57,147 nt of DNA from Elusimicrobiales bacterium. Its GTDB lineage: Bacteria; Elusimicrobiota; Elusimicrobia; Elusimicrobiales; UBA9959. The notes under the pieces are model-generated. The model did no database searches. It saw nothing but the letters and a program-made list of their open reading frames with translations, and was not told where the DNA came from. Of the stretch, positions 1-8,702 are shown in pieces. Location of the stretch: positions 1-57,147 of the forward strand of contig JAVHPG010000233.1 of the NCBI GenBank assembly GCA_036170455.1, written 5' to 3'. The first letter of the stretch is position 1. Every line of letters begins with the position of its first letter. The translations under genes were made by a program, and so were the position numbers.

Positions 1-31
1 TGAGAACACTGCCCCCCCATTTCCCGCGCGA

Positions 32-421
32 TTACTCTATAAATATCTCAACTTTATCCCCGCCGTCCTGTATATCTATTATTTTCATGGGCACCTGGTT
101 GTCTATAGCCTCCTGGATCTTCCCTAGGTCTAAGTCATAACCCTTATCAGACAGCTTGGCTTTAATTTTGCTTTCTATGAAAGGCGCCATGAACTTGGCC
201 CAGCCAAGCGGGACATTAACGTTCACCCTGGGCTCTACGCTGCCGCTCTCATAAACGCGGATGCGCAGGGTTCTCCCCCTCCCCGCCGCGCCGGCCTCCG
301 GGCCGGCCTTGCCCAAAGCTTCAAGAAGTTCCATCGCCTCGCCGGAGGTGATCTTTTTTTCCTCGAGCATTTTAAGTATCCGCAGCTTTTCTTCGTTCAT
401 ATTTTTCTCCTTAGGCCTCAA
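32..421 (-). CDS. small protein with N-terminal SHOCT-like helix, second gene of the DUF2089 operon
   Basis: 129-aa ORF. The N-terminal EKLRILKMLEEKKITSGEAMELLEAL helix resembles the LiaX/YvlB N-terminal (SHOCT-like) domain. It overlaps the upstream ORF 411-779 by 11 nt. Confidence 0.65.
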   Translation of the reverse strand: MRPKEKNMNEEKLRILKMLEEKKITSGEAMELLEALGKAGPEAGAAGRGRTLRIRVYESGSVEPRVNVNVPLGWAKFMAPFIESKIKAKLSDKGYDLDLGKIQEAIDNQVPMKIIDIQDGGDKVEIFIE

Positions 422-779
422 GACCTTTCAGCAGAGCGACGGCCTCCTGGGCTGTTATCTCCCCCCGCTCCAGTCTCTCCACTATTTCAAGGCGGCGCTT
501 CTTCGCTTCGGCCTGCAGGCTGCCTAAGCCAAGCCTGTTAAGAAGAGCGTCAAGCCTGCCTTTAACGGTAGGGTAGGATATTCCAAGCTGGCGCTCGACC
601 TCCTTTATATTGCCGCGGGCCGCGAGAAAAACGCGCAAAAAACTTTCATCTTCCGGGGACAGAGTTGCGAAAGAAGGAAGTTCAAAACTTCCTTTTATAA
701 TAGTCTTGCAATCCGAGCAGCATAATTCGGTTACAATAACCTTTCCGGTGCAGGATGGGCATTTATTAGGAATATTCAT
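411..779 (-). CDS. DUF2089-type zinc-ribbon + HTH DNA-binding protein
   Basis: CPSC..CSDC zinc ribbon at the N-terminus, HTH segment IKEVERQLGISYPTVKGRL, C-terminal ITAQEAVALLKGL helix. A consensus promoter lies directly upstream. Confidence 0.8.
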   Translation of the reverse strand: MNIPNKCPSCTGKVIVTELCCSDCKTIIKGSFELPSFATLSPEDESFLRVFLAARGNIKEVERQLGISYPTVKGRLDALLNRLGLGSLQAEAKKRRLEIVERLERGEITAQEAVALLKGLEA

Positions 780-780
780 A

Positions 781-850
781 TTATCAATGTTTTCCTTGAT
801 TTTATCAATTCATTAATAACTATATTTAAAGTATAATGCAATTTATCAAT
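781..850. repeat. three TTATCAAT boxes (781-788, 802-809, 843-850), putative operator sites
   Basis: Exact octamer three times, spaced 21 and 41 bp. One copy lies in the -35/-10 spacer and one abuts the start codon. Confidence 0.5.
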
Positions 851-858
851 ATTGTCAA
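830..858 (-). promoter_or_regulatory. sigma70-type promoter of the DUF2089 operon
   Basis: Minus strand reads TTGACA (858-853), a 17-nt spacer, then TATACT (835-830). The ATG is at 779. Confidence 0.6.
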
Positions 859-918
859 GGGCCATATTAATAAATTAAAAGCCGGCTTAATTTCAAAAAA
901 AGCAGTAGAGTGGGGGAA

Positions 919-2046
919 TTAATGAAAGAAAGAGGCTAAACGAGAGGTTTCCTGCAATACGCGATAAACATATGCGGTGTCGGCATAACCTTCGGTACGG
1001 AAAGTAAATTTAAAAGCGCTCTCCTGCAGGGACATCTCAAGGAAACCGGCTTTATTATTAAAAACATTTTCCCCGCGCCTTGCCTCGGAAAGAAGGCTCT
1101 GCGCGGACTCCGGCCGGTTGCAGCGCACTTCGTAAAAATCCCAGTACGGCAATCCTGGCAGGCGCGGCATGGAGCCGAAAGAGATACCCAGCGGGCCCAA
1201 AAAACTCTCCGGCCGGACGGAAAGGGCCACGCCCCGCGTATTAGGGCAGCGGCAGAGCACTTCAAGAGTGAAATACGGAGGGGAATTTCTTCCGCCGCTC
1301 TGCGGCTCGACGTTAAAAAGCGTTTCTACCCCGTTCATTACGCCCTTCGAATCATACGCTCCATCGGAAGAAACCTCGCCGTCGGCGTCTGAAAAGCCCA
1401 GCTTGCGTCCGATTTCCCGGCCCTCGGCGCTCTGCTGGTATTTCATGCCGTAATACGCCCCGCCTATGCCCAGAATGATGGCAAAAGCAGCCAGGACGGC
1501 GTAAGGACGGCCCTGCCCCGGGTCAAAAGCGCCCGCTGCGATAAAAACAAAAGTCATAATACCGGCCACGATCATAAGAAAAGAGATCAGCCCCACAGCG
1601 CCGCGCAGGATATTGCGCCGGTCGGCCGGGTCGCCGTAAAAAAAGGACGCGCCCAGGATGTAAAGTATCCCGCCGGGAATAAGAGCGAAAGATATCACGC
1701 TGCGCTGGCTTACCCCGTTCGACCCGGTAAAGAAGACGAGGACGCCGGCCGCACTGGCCAGGCCTCCGGCGATATAAATCCAGCCCGGAACCCGGTTAGG
1801 AACGTCTATGCCGGCTGAAAGAGGAAAAGAGAGGTCGCTCCCGGCGGCCGGAGCGGAAGGGGGAGGCGCCGCAGGCTCGTCGTCGCCGGACCGGATTAAA
1901 ATTGAACCGACGACAAGCAGTATCCCGGCTATCATAAGCCCGCCTGAAACATAATAAAACAACGCGCTCTCGCCGCGGGCAGCGAGCTTAAACCCGATAA
2001 TAGAGGCGAAAAGGAGGGGGAAACCGAGTTTCTTCAGGAATTTCAC
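919..2046 (-). CDS. polytopic membrane protein, unknown function
   Basis: 375-aa ORF with a GTG start. Several hydrophobic helices in the N-terminal 200 aa and a soluble C-terminal domain. No family recognised. Confidence 0.6.
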   Translation of the reverse strand: MKFLKKLGFPLLFASIIGFKLAARGESALFYYVSGGLMIAGILLVVGSILIRSGDDEPAAPPPSAPAAGSDLSFPLSAGIDVPNRVPGWIYIAGGLASAAGVLVFFTGSNGVSQRSVISFALIPGGILYILGASFFYGDPADRRNILRGAVGLISFLMIVAGIMTFVFIAAGAFDPGQGRPYAVLAAFAIILGIGGAYYGMKYQQSAEGREIGRKLGFSDADGEVSSDGAYDSKGVMNGVETLFNVEPQSGGRNSPPYFTLEVLCRCPNTRGVALSVRPESFLGPLGISFGSMPRLPGLPYWDFYEVRCNRPESAQSLLSEARRGENVFNNKAGFLEMSLQESAFKFTFRTEGYADTAYVYRVLQETSRLASFFH

Positions 2047-2052
2047 GGAACA

Positions 2053-2061
2053 ATTATACCA
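2053..2061 (-). promoter_or_regulatory. extended -10 promoter element TGGTATAAT
   Basis: Minus strand reads TGGTATAAT, followed 6 nt later by the GTG at 2046. No recognisable -35 and no SD. Confidence 0.4.
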
Positions 2062-2101
2062 GAATAAAAAGAAAGGCCCGCAGCCTTGAGCTTGCGGGCC
2101 C
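2062..2101 (-). terminator. rho-independent terminator of the prohibitin gene
   Basis: Minus strand has an 8-bp GC stem GGCCCGCA/TGCGGGCC (2075-2100) followed by TTTCTTTTTATT. Confidence 0.8.
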
Positions 2102-2160
2102 TTCAGGGGATTCGCGCCGAAAAACCTCAGCCGCCGCGAAAGCGGGGGGCGGGAGGCGGC

Positions 2161-2961
2161 TTATTTACCTTTTTCTATAGAGATGAACGGGACGCCGGCC
2201 CCGACATAGCCCGGCAGGACGCCGTTCCATTTTTCGATCGCCTTGAGCTGCGCGTCCACTTTGCGCAATTCTATCAGCGAGGGGGTAACCTGCTCGCGCT
2301 GCATCCGCAGCGCCTCGGCCTCGCCGCGCGATTTGGCTATCTGCTGCTCGGCGTCGCGCTTGGCTTTCTCTACGAGCTTGCCGGCCATCTGGGCCTGCTG
2401 GTCCGCCACCTGCTTGTCTTCCACCGCTTTAAGGAACTGCTCCGTGAAATCGAGGTCCACTACGGAGATGTCGGTGACGATGATCTCCTGCTTCATCAAT
2501 TTATCCTTGGCGACCTGGTTGATCTCTTCGACCAGGATGTTGCGGTCGGCTATTATCCTTTCCGCCGAGAATTTGGCGGCGATGGATTTAAAGATCTCCT
2601 GCACGGTGGGGTCCACGATGGTCTCGACGTAACTGGGCCCGAGGTTCCTGAAGATGCTGACCGCGGTGCCCTGCTGGATGCGGTGGTTCACGACCAGGTG
2701 GCTGTTCATGGTCTGCAGGTCCTTGGAGAAAGCCTGCGTCTTTATGTCGGCGCGCTGGATCTGGATGGAGAACTTGGTAATGCTCTCCAGGAAAGGAAGT
2801 TTAAAATGCAGGCCCTCGCTATAGGAGCCGATGATCGCCCCGACGCGGGTCTTTATCGCCACCTCGCCGGGGGGGACTATAAAATAGGAAGAGAAACCGA
2901 TCACGACGGCGACGACCACCACGACCGGCAGAAGCAATTTCCCGATAAAGTCTTTTTCCAT
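2161..2961 (-). CDS. SPFH/band-7 prohibitin-family protein
   Basis: Clear SPFH core (GEVAIKTRVG...HFKLPF...IVDPTVQEIFK). I prefer the ATG at 2961 because GGAGG lies 4 nt upstream and the 2962-3069 extension is AT-rich and carries a TATAAT. The track ORF extends to 3069. Confidence 0.88.
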   Translation of the reverse strand: MEKDFIGKLLLPVVVVVAVVIGFSSYFIVPPGEVAIKTRVGAIIGSYSEGLHFKLPFLESITKFSIQIQRADIKTQAFSKDLQTMNSHLVVNHRIQQGTAVSIFRNLGPSYVETIVDPTVQEIFKSIAAKFSAERIIADRNILVEEINQVAKDKLMKQEIIVTDISVVDLDFTEQFLKAVEDKQVADQQAQMAGKLVEKAKRDAEQQIAKSRGEAEALRMQREQVTPSLIELRKVDAQLKAIEKWNGVLPGYVGAGVPFISIEKGK

Positions 2962-3142
2962 TTTTCCTCCGTTATTCTTGTCAGATTCTTTAATGAACTG
3001 TTTCTTAAATTCCCTGATGATATCATCCAGGTCCTCGAAAAAAGAATTATTCATAAAAAGATTATACATTTATTAGCCGCCGCCCCCGCGCCGCCTAAAA
3101 TAATTTAAAATATATCACCCGTTCATATGCAAGGCGTCCTTA

Positions 3143-5395
3143 ATGAAAAATATTTTTAAAAATACTCCCAATATCCCTTTGCTGTTCTTTGTCTCCGGCC
3201 TGAGCGGCCTGGCTTACGAAACCGTCTGGTTCCGCATGCTGATCCGGGTCTTCGGAACCACGCTCGAAGCCACCAGCACCGTGCTGGCCGTCTTCATGGG
3301 CGGGCTGGCGCTGGGGGCCGTCCTCGCCGGGAGAAAGGCGGACGGGCTGAAGAACCCGCTTAAACTTTACGCCGCGCTTGAGCTGCTGGTAGCGCTGTCG
3401 GCCCTGGGCGCCACGCTGCTTATGGCCGGCCTGCCGGAGCTTATCGCCCCGCTGCTGCCCGAGGGGGGCGCGCCCGGAACCGCCGCGGCCATTGCTTGCA
3501 TACGCCTGCTTGTTTCCGCGGCCGTCCTTTTACTCCCGACGGCGCTGATGGGCGCCACGCTGCCGCTGCTCGCAAGCGGTCTCTCCTCCGGCGCGGCGGA
3601 CGCCGGGGGGAAGATCTCGAAGCTTTACGCGCTTAATACTTTAGGCGCCGCCCTGGGAGTTCTTGCGGCGGGCTTCCTTCTTATAGGCCATCTCGGGGAA
3701 AAAGGCACGGCGGCGCTGGCCGCGGCGCTGAACCTGGCCATAGCGCTGCGGGTATTTCTCTCGAACCCGCCCGACAGGGCGCCGGCCGCGCCCGCGCAGC
3801 CGACCGCCGAGGGCGCGCGCGGCTACAGGCGGATACTGCTCGTCATGGGAGCCTCCGGCTTTACCGCGCTGGCCCTGGAAGTGCTCTGGGCGCGCCTGCT
3901 GGTACTGACCATAGGAAGTTCCGTCTACGCCTTCTCCGCTATGCTCTGCTCTTACCTGCTTGGGATAGCGCTGGGCAGCCTCTACGCCGAAAGCCGCGCC
4001 GATTCCGGGCAGGACCATCTGCCGCTGCTTGCAAGGACCCAGGCGGCCATAGCCGGGCTTTCCCTGATAGGCCTGGCGGCCTTCTATTTCTCAGGCGGCG
4101 CGACACTGGATATCAAGTACCTTTATACACCCCTTAACCGGGCGGCGGATATTTTCCATCTTTTCGGCTGGTCCCTCGCTATCATAACCCCGGTAACGCT
4201 GCTTATGGGCTTCTTCTTCCCTCTGGCCGCCCAGGCCGGAGTGCGCGCCGCGGGCAGGGTGGGCGCTATAGGGCCGCTCTACGGCGCAAATACGCTTGGG
4301 ACCATCCTTGGCTCGCTGGTCACCGGTTTCATACTGATACCGGAACTGGGAACCAAATTCAGCTTCATCCTGGCCGCGCTCCTGGCCGCGCTTACGGGGA
4401 CGCTTCTTGCCACGATGGCCGGCGAAACTGAAAAACGCCGCTTCACCCCATGGCTGGCGGGCGGTTTAATTCTTGCGGGGGCCTCATTCCTGCTCCCGGA
4501 CCCGGTTTTCAGCACTATTAACAGCCGCTTCGCCGCGCACCTCAGCGGGCGCCTGGTCTATCATAAAGAGGACCGCGCCGGAGCCGTCGACGTGGTTTTC
4601 TCAAGGGGCGACCGGGCGAAATCACTTTATATAAACGGGGTGGCCGTTTCAGGGAACGGGGATGCGGGAAAACTAATGTCCCATTTCCCGCTTCTTTTCC
4701 AGGAAAAGCCGGAGACGATGTTCATAATAGGCCAGGGAGCGGCCAATACGCTGCGCTCGGGCGTGCTGCACGGGGTAAAAGTTACTGTGGCCGAGCTGCT
4801 GGCGGCGGTGCGCGAAACGGGACCGCTCTTCTTGGACAGCTGGGAAGAAGATAAAGCGGCGGGCAGGTTCGAAGTGCGACTTAACGACGGGCGGAACGAA
4901 CTTCTGCGGTCGCGGAAACTTTACGACGCTATAGTGGTGGACGTCACCCCGCCGATCTACAGCTCCGGGGCGGTGAACCTTTACAGCCGCGATTTCTTCA
5001 GGATAGTCCGCTCAAAGCTGTCGAAGACCGGGATACTCAGCCTCTGGATACCGCTTCCCTGCTTCGAAAGCGATTATTACATGATACTGCGCGCCCTGAA
5101 AGACGTCTTTCCGCAGGTAAATATCTGGAGCTTCCCCAGGCAGCCCGGTTTCCTGGCGATGGCGTCTAACAATAAAATAGAAGCCGACTCTAAAACCCTG
5201 GACGGCAGGATAAAGAGCGGGAAAGTGCAAAGCGAACTGCCTTATGTTACCGCGCGCTTCATAACCGGAACGCGGATAATGGATACCGCCGCCGTGGACG
5301 CGATGTCCGCGAGATACCCGGCTGTAACGGACGACAAACCTTATACCGAATTCCCGCTTGCGCGGTTCATGGCTTTTTCACCGATGTGGTATTGA
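3143..5395 (+). CDS. fused polytopic membrane domain / spermidine-synthase-like protein
   Basis: 750 aa. The N-terminal ~450 aa form many TM helices. The C-terminal domain resembles the aminopropyltransferase fold (IIGQGAANT, DAIVVDVTPP). Confidence 0.8.
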   Translation: MKNIFKNTPNIPLLFFVSGLSGLAYETVWFRMLIRVFGTTLEATSTVLAVFMGGLALGAVLAGRKADGLKNPLKLYAALELLVALSALGATLLMAGLPELIAPLLPEGGAPGTAAAIACIRLLVSAAVLLLPTALMGATLPLLASGLSSGAADAGGKISKLYALNTLGAALGVLAAGFLLIGHLGEKGTAALAAALNLAIALRVFLSNPPDRAPAAPAQPTAEGARGYRRILLVMGASGFTALALEVLWARLLVLTIGSSVYAFSAMLCSYLLGIALGSLYAESRADSGQDHLPLLARTQAAIAGLSLIGLAAFYFSGGATLDIKYLYTPLNRAADIFHLFGWSLAIITPVTLLMGFFFPLAAQAGVRAAGRVGAIGPLYGANTLGTILGSLVTGFILIPELGTKFSFILAALLAALTGTLLATMAGETEKRRFTPWLAGGLILAGASFLLPDPVFSTINSRFAAHLSGRLVYHKEDRAGAVDVVFSRGDRAKSLYINGVAVSGNGDAGKLMSHFPLLFQEKPETMFIIGQGAANTLRSGVLHGVKVTVAELLAAVRETGPLFLDSWEEDKAAGRFEVRLNDGRNELLRSRKLYDAIVVDVTPPIYSSGAVNLYSRDFFRIVRSKLSKTGILSLWIPLPCFESDYYMILRALKDVFPQVNIWSFPRQPGFLAMASNNKIEADSKTLDGRIKSGKVQSELPYVTARFITGTRIMDTAAVDAMSARYPAVTDDKPYTEFPLARFMAFSPMWY

Positions 5396-5412
5396 CCCGG
5401 ACCCTGAGGGCG

Positions 5413-5434
5413 GGGAACTTCGTCTGAAGTTCCC
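5413..5434. terminator. hairpin between convergent genes (possible bidirectional terminator)
   Basis: 9-bp stem GGGAACTTC/GAAGTTCCC with a 4-nt loop. No clear U tract. Confidence 0.4.
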
Positions 5435-5444
5435 GGTCCGGGAA

Positions 5445-5735
5445 CTAATCCCAGCCCATCGAATCCATTTCTGAATCCGGGGCCGGGGGGGGAGGGGCCT
5501 TCGTAGCTGGCGCTTGGGCCGGAGCCGCTTTCCGGAGCGGAGGCGGGACGATTTTGGGCTGGACAGCGGATTTTTCCGGGGTAGCGGCTTTTTCAAGCGC
5601 AGCGGCGGGCACGGCCCAGTTCCTGCCAAAACGCAGAGCTTCCAACTGGCCTTTCTTCACCCTTTTAAAAACAGCAATGCGGCTAAGGCCCAGCCTTGCC
5701 GCCGCCTCGGGTATCGAAAAATATTCCCTGCCCAT
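5445..5735 (-). CDS. excisionase/MerR-type HTH DNA-binding protein with Pro/Ala-rich tail
   Basis: The N-terminal FSIPEAAARLGLSRIAVFKRVKKGQLEALRFGRNWAV matches the excisionase-family HTH pattern. The C-terminal half is low complexity. Confidence 0.7.
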   Translation of the reverse strand: MGREYFSIPEAAARLGLSRIAVFKRVKKGQLEALRFGRNWAVPAAALEKAATPEKSAVQPKIVPPPLRKAAPAQAPATKAPPPPAPDSEMDSMGWD

Positions 5736-5743
5736 CGCTTTAT

Positions 5744-5847
5744 GTTAACTTATGTTAACCGTAAATGCAATATCAGGGATTTGGTCTAAATATTAAAGCC
5801 GCCAACACTATCCACAGAATTAACATTGGTTAACTTGTGTTAACCGT
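5744..5847. repeat. two 19-bp direct repeats GTTAACTTRTGTTAACCGT (5744-5762, 5829-5847)
   Basis: 18/19 identical. Each holds two GTTAAC palindromes 10 bp apart. They lie in an AT-rich divergent intergenic region. Confidence 0.6.
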
Positions 5848-5935
5848 CAAAAAACCTGAAAGGGTAAAGGCATTTCCTCGCGTCCCTTTGTACTTTTGGA
5901 CAGTACTGAAAATTTATATACTATGACTGATCGTT

Positions 5936-6928
5936 ATGAGAATACTTATCCTCGGCGGCACGAGCTTTTTCGGCAAAGAAACGGCCATACGCCTGCAGAA
6001 AGCGGGAAATGAAATTACCATTTTTTCAAGGCGCGCCCCGGTGGAGGGTCTGCCGCTCGATATACGCCAGACCCGCGGGGACCGCACCGTTGAAATAGAC
6101 CTCTCGCGGATGGCCTTGGAGCCCTGGGACGTGATAATCGACAATATCTGCTTTACCGCGGAGGACGCGCAGAAAGCTATAAGGGTCTTCAGCGGCCGCA
6201 CCGGGCTCTACCTCTTCACCTCCTCCGCCTCCGTCTACTCTGTCCTGGAGGGATCCTCCTCGCCGTTCAGGGAAAACCAGACGGAACTGCTGGCCCTCAA
6301 GCCGCAGCTTAAGGAAAAATACGCCTACGGCCTGGGGAAATACGCCGCCGAGCGGGAATACCTTAAAGCCTTCCTCGAAAAGAAATTCCCCGCCGCGATA
6401 ATACGCCCGCCGGTAGTTATAGGCCCGAACGATCACACCCTGCGGGCTTATTCCTACTGGCTCCGCCTGGCCGGCGGGGGCCCGCTCTTCCTGCCGGGTT
6501 TCGCTTTCAAGAACCGCTTTATCTTCTCAAAAGACCTGGCCCGGGCCATAGAAACTCTCATTTATTCGGAAGAGCCCTACGGCAAAGCCTATAATTTAGG
6601 GGACTCGCAGCCGCTCACGCTCGACGATTTCGTGAAGCTCTCCGCCAGGGTGATGCACAAAGAAGCCGAAATTCTCTACCCGGACTATGCCTGGCTTAAA
6701 GAAAACGGCTATAACTTCGAGGCCTCCCCTTTCTCCATGGGCGGGGACTTCGTGCTGGACATCTCGAAAGCCGAAAAAGAGCTGGGCTGGACCTCCACGC
6801 CGGCCGCGGCCTGGCTTGAGGAAACGATAAACTGGTATCTTTTCAGCTATACCGGGCCCGCCCCGGAAAATTACGGCTCGAGAAAAAAAGAGCTGGAGCT
6901 GGCGAGAAAATGGATAATGAAACTATGA
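5936..6928 (+). CDS. NAD-dependent epimerase/dehydratase (SDR) family protein
   Basis: N-terminal Rossmann motif MRILILGGTSFFGKE and an extended SDR length of 330 aa. Confidence 0.8.
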   Translation: MRILILGGTSFFGKETAIRLQKAGNEITIFSRRAPVEGLPLDIRQTRGDRTVEIDLSRMALEPWDVIIDNICFTAEDAQKAIRVFSGRTGLYLFTSSASVYSVLEGSSSPFRENQTELLALKPQLKEKYAYGLGKYAAEREYLKAFLEKKFPAAIIRPPVVIGPNDHTLRAYSYWLRLAGGGPLFLPGFAFKNRFIFSKDLARAIETLIYSEEPYGKAYNLGDSQPLTLDDFVKLSARVMHKEAEILYPDYAWLKENGYNFEASPFSMGGDFVLDISKAEKELGWTSTPAAAWLEETINWYLFSYTGPAPENYGSRKKELELARKWIMKL

Positions 6929-7536
6929 GCCTGAAAACTAACGCCGCGCGCGCTAAAAAGATAAAGATCTTCCTGATGGACGTGGACGGGGTCCTCACCG
7001 ACGGCAAGATGTACTATATCCCCGGTAAGGGCGCCGAAATGGTGGAAGTAAAAGCCTTCCATTCGCTCGACGGCATCGGCCTGCGGCTTTTGAACCAGTT
7101 CGGCGTCGCTACCGGCGTGATAACCGGCCGCGAGTCGCCTGGCACCGAGGAGCGGGCACGCGGGCTGGGCATGGGCTACGCCTACCAGGGCTTCCTCTCG
7201 AAGCTGGAACCTCTGATGCAGATACTTGCCGCCACGGGCCTCAAGCCCGAGAACGTCGCTTATATGGGCGACGATTGGACCGACATCCCCGTCCTGAAAA
7301 AAGCCGGGCTGGCCTGCGCGCCTTCCAACGCCCTGGACGAAGTGAAAGCCGCTTCGCATCTGGTGACGAAGAAAGAAGGCGGCCTGGGCGCGGTGCGCGA
7401 AACCTGCGATTTCATACTTAAGAGCCAGGGGCACTGGAGGACCGTGATGAACTATGTGGAAACCGCACATTGGCCGCAGATAAAAAAAAGACCGCTGAAA
7501 ATAGTGAGATTTTCAAAGGGCGGGGGGACTAAATGA
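6910..7536 (+). CDS. kdsC: KDO 8-phosphate phosphatase (HAD family)
   Basis: IKIFLMDVDGVLTDGKMYY, GVITGR and YMGDDWTDIPV motifs. An alternative ATG at 6925 forms an ATGA overlap with the upstream stop. Confidence 0.82.
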   Translation: MDNETMSLKTNAARAKKIKIFLMDVDGVLTDGKMYYIPGKGAEMVEVKAFHSLDGIGLRLLNQFGVATGVITGRESPGTEERARGLGMGYAYQGFLSKLEPLMQILAATGLKPENVAYMGDDWTDIPVLKKAGLACAPSNALDEVKAASHLVTKKEGGLGAVRETCDFILKSQGHWRTVMNYVETAHWPQIKKRPLKIVRFSKGGGTK

Positions 7537-7994
7537 GATTTTTTATTTTAGCGGCGCTGGCGCTGTGCCTGGCGGGTCCCGCGGCGGCGGCCTTCGAAGA
7601 CGAGGGACTGACGGAAGCGGCGGCCTCCACCGAGACCGTAAGGACCGGCGACGAAGAAGAGGACCAGGCGCTGATCCAGCAGAGCGACGAGGACCTGGCC
7701 GACTTCGTAATGGATTATATCCGCAAAGACATGCAGCTCAAAGGGTTCTTCCTTATAGAAGACAAAGCCTCAAAAAAGATCTTAAGGCTGGAACTCTCGT
7801 CCATAGAACCCAAAGCTAGAGCGGGGGAGAACGGCGGCAGGACCGTATCGGCGATTTTTAAGGATGCCGGCGGAAAAAAATCCGCCGTCGACTTCCACCT
7901 GCAGAACGGCCCGTGGGGCGGCCTTGATATCTTTAAGCTGGAGCTGAAAAGCGCGCCCCGGAAGGCCGCGCCGGCCGGAAAAAAAGGGATTTGA
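7533..7994 (+). CDS. secreted acidic hypothetical protein
   Basis: Signal peptide MRFFILAALALCLAGPAAAA. ATGA overlap with kdsC. Confidence 0.6.
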   Translation: MRFFILAALALCLAGPAAAAFEDEGLTEAAASTETVRTGDEEEDQALIQQSDEDLADFVMDYIRKDMQLKGFFLIEDKASKKILRLELSSIEPKARAGENGGRTVSAIFKDAGGKKSAVDFHLQNGPWGGLDIFKLELKSAPRKAAPAGKKGI

Positions 7995-7995
7995 T

Positions 7996-8679
7996 ATGGC
8001 CCAGTATATCGCGGCTTTCGGGGCCGGACTTATGTCTTTCTTCTCGCCCTGCATACTTCCGCTGCTGCCGGCCTACCTCTCCATGCTTTCCGGCTTTTCC
8101 GCTTCGGAGATAATGAAAGGCGACGCGAAAGTGGTTACGCGGAAAGTCGTGGGGAACGCCGCTATTTTCATAGCAGGCTTCACCCTGGCTTTCGCCCTTA
8201 TGGGCGCCGCCGCCTCCAGCCTGGGCGACCTGCTGGTCTCGCACAAAGAAACGCTTATAAAAGTCTTCGGCGTAATAATGGTCCTGATGGGCGCGCATAT
8301 GGCGGGCCTCTTCAACCTCAATATTCTGAATTACGATAAGCACTTTTCCACGCGCGGCCTGATGCAGGGCCCGGCAGGCTCCTTCCTGATGGGGTTCGCC
8401 TTCGCCCTCGGCTGGTCGCCCTGTATAGGCCCTATCCTCGCCGTGATCCTCGGCCTGGCGGCGGTCTCCGGGACCGCGGCCAGGGGGGTTTCCCTGCTTC
8501 TGGCCTATTCCGCCGGCATGGCGCTGCCGCTGCTGCTGGCGGCCCTGCTCGCCGCCAAATTCTTCACCCTGATCGCGCGCTTTAAATCCGCAATGCGCTA
8601 CGTGGAAATAGCCGCGGGCTGCCTGCTCGCCGCCGCGGGCGCGCTGCTTTTTTTTGATAAGCTCAATTTCCTGGTCTGA
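7996..8679 (+). CDS. ccdA: cytochrome c biogenesis / thiol-disulfide transporter CcdA (DsbD family)
   Basis: SPCILPLLPAYLS and GWSPCIGPIL motifs and six TM helices. Confidence 0.85.
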   Translation: MAQYIAAFGAGLMSFFSPCILPLLPAYLSMLSGFSASEIMKGDAKVVTRKVVGNAAIFIAGFTLAFALMGAAASSLGDLLVSHKETLIKVFGVIMVLMGAHMAGLFNLNILNYDKHFSTRGLMQGPAGSFLMGFAFALGWSPCIGPILAVILGLAAVSGTAARGVSLLLAYSAGMALPLLLAALLAAKFFTLIARFKSAMRYVEIAAGCLLAAAGALLFFDKLNFLV

Positions 8680-8702
8680 AACCTCCCGGGTCCGGGAGGT
8701 TT
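8679..8702. terminator. bidirectional terminator hairpin
   Basis: AAACCTCCCGG..CCGGGAGGTTT stem between convergent genes, flanked by A and T runs. Confidence 0.6.

Noticed and set aside
2962-3069. 36-codon N-terminal extension of the prohibitin ORF
   Set aside because: The stretch is AT-rich like the intergenic DNA here and contains a minus-strand TATAAT at 3066-3061. A GGAGG lies just upstream of the internal ATG at 2961.
2086-3108. 340-aa plus-strand ORF
   Set aside because: It is antisense to the clearly recognisable SPFH/prohibitin gene. Its composition (Gly/Asp/Leu/His/Arg rich, no motifs) is typical of antisense frames in high-GC DNA.
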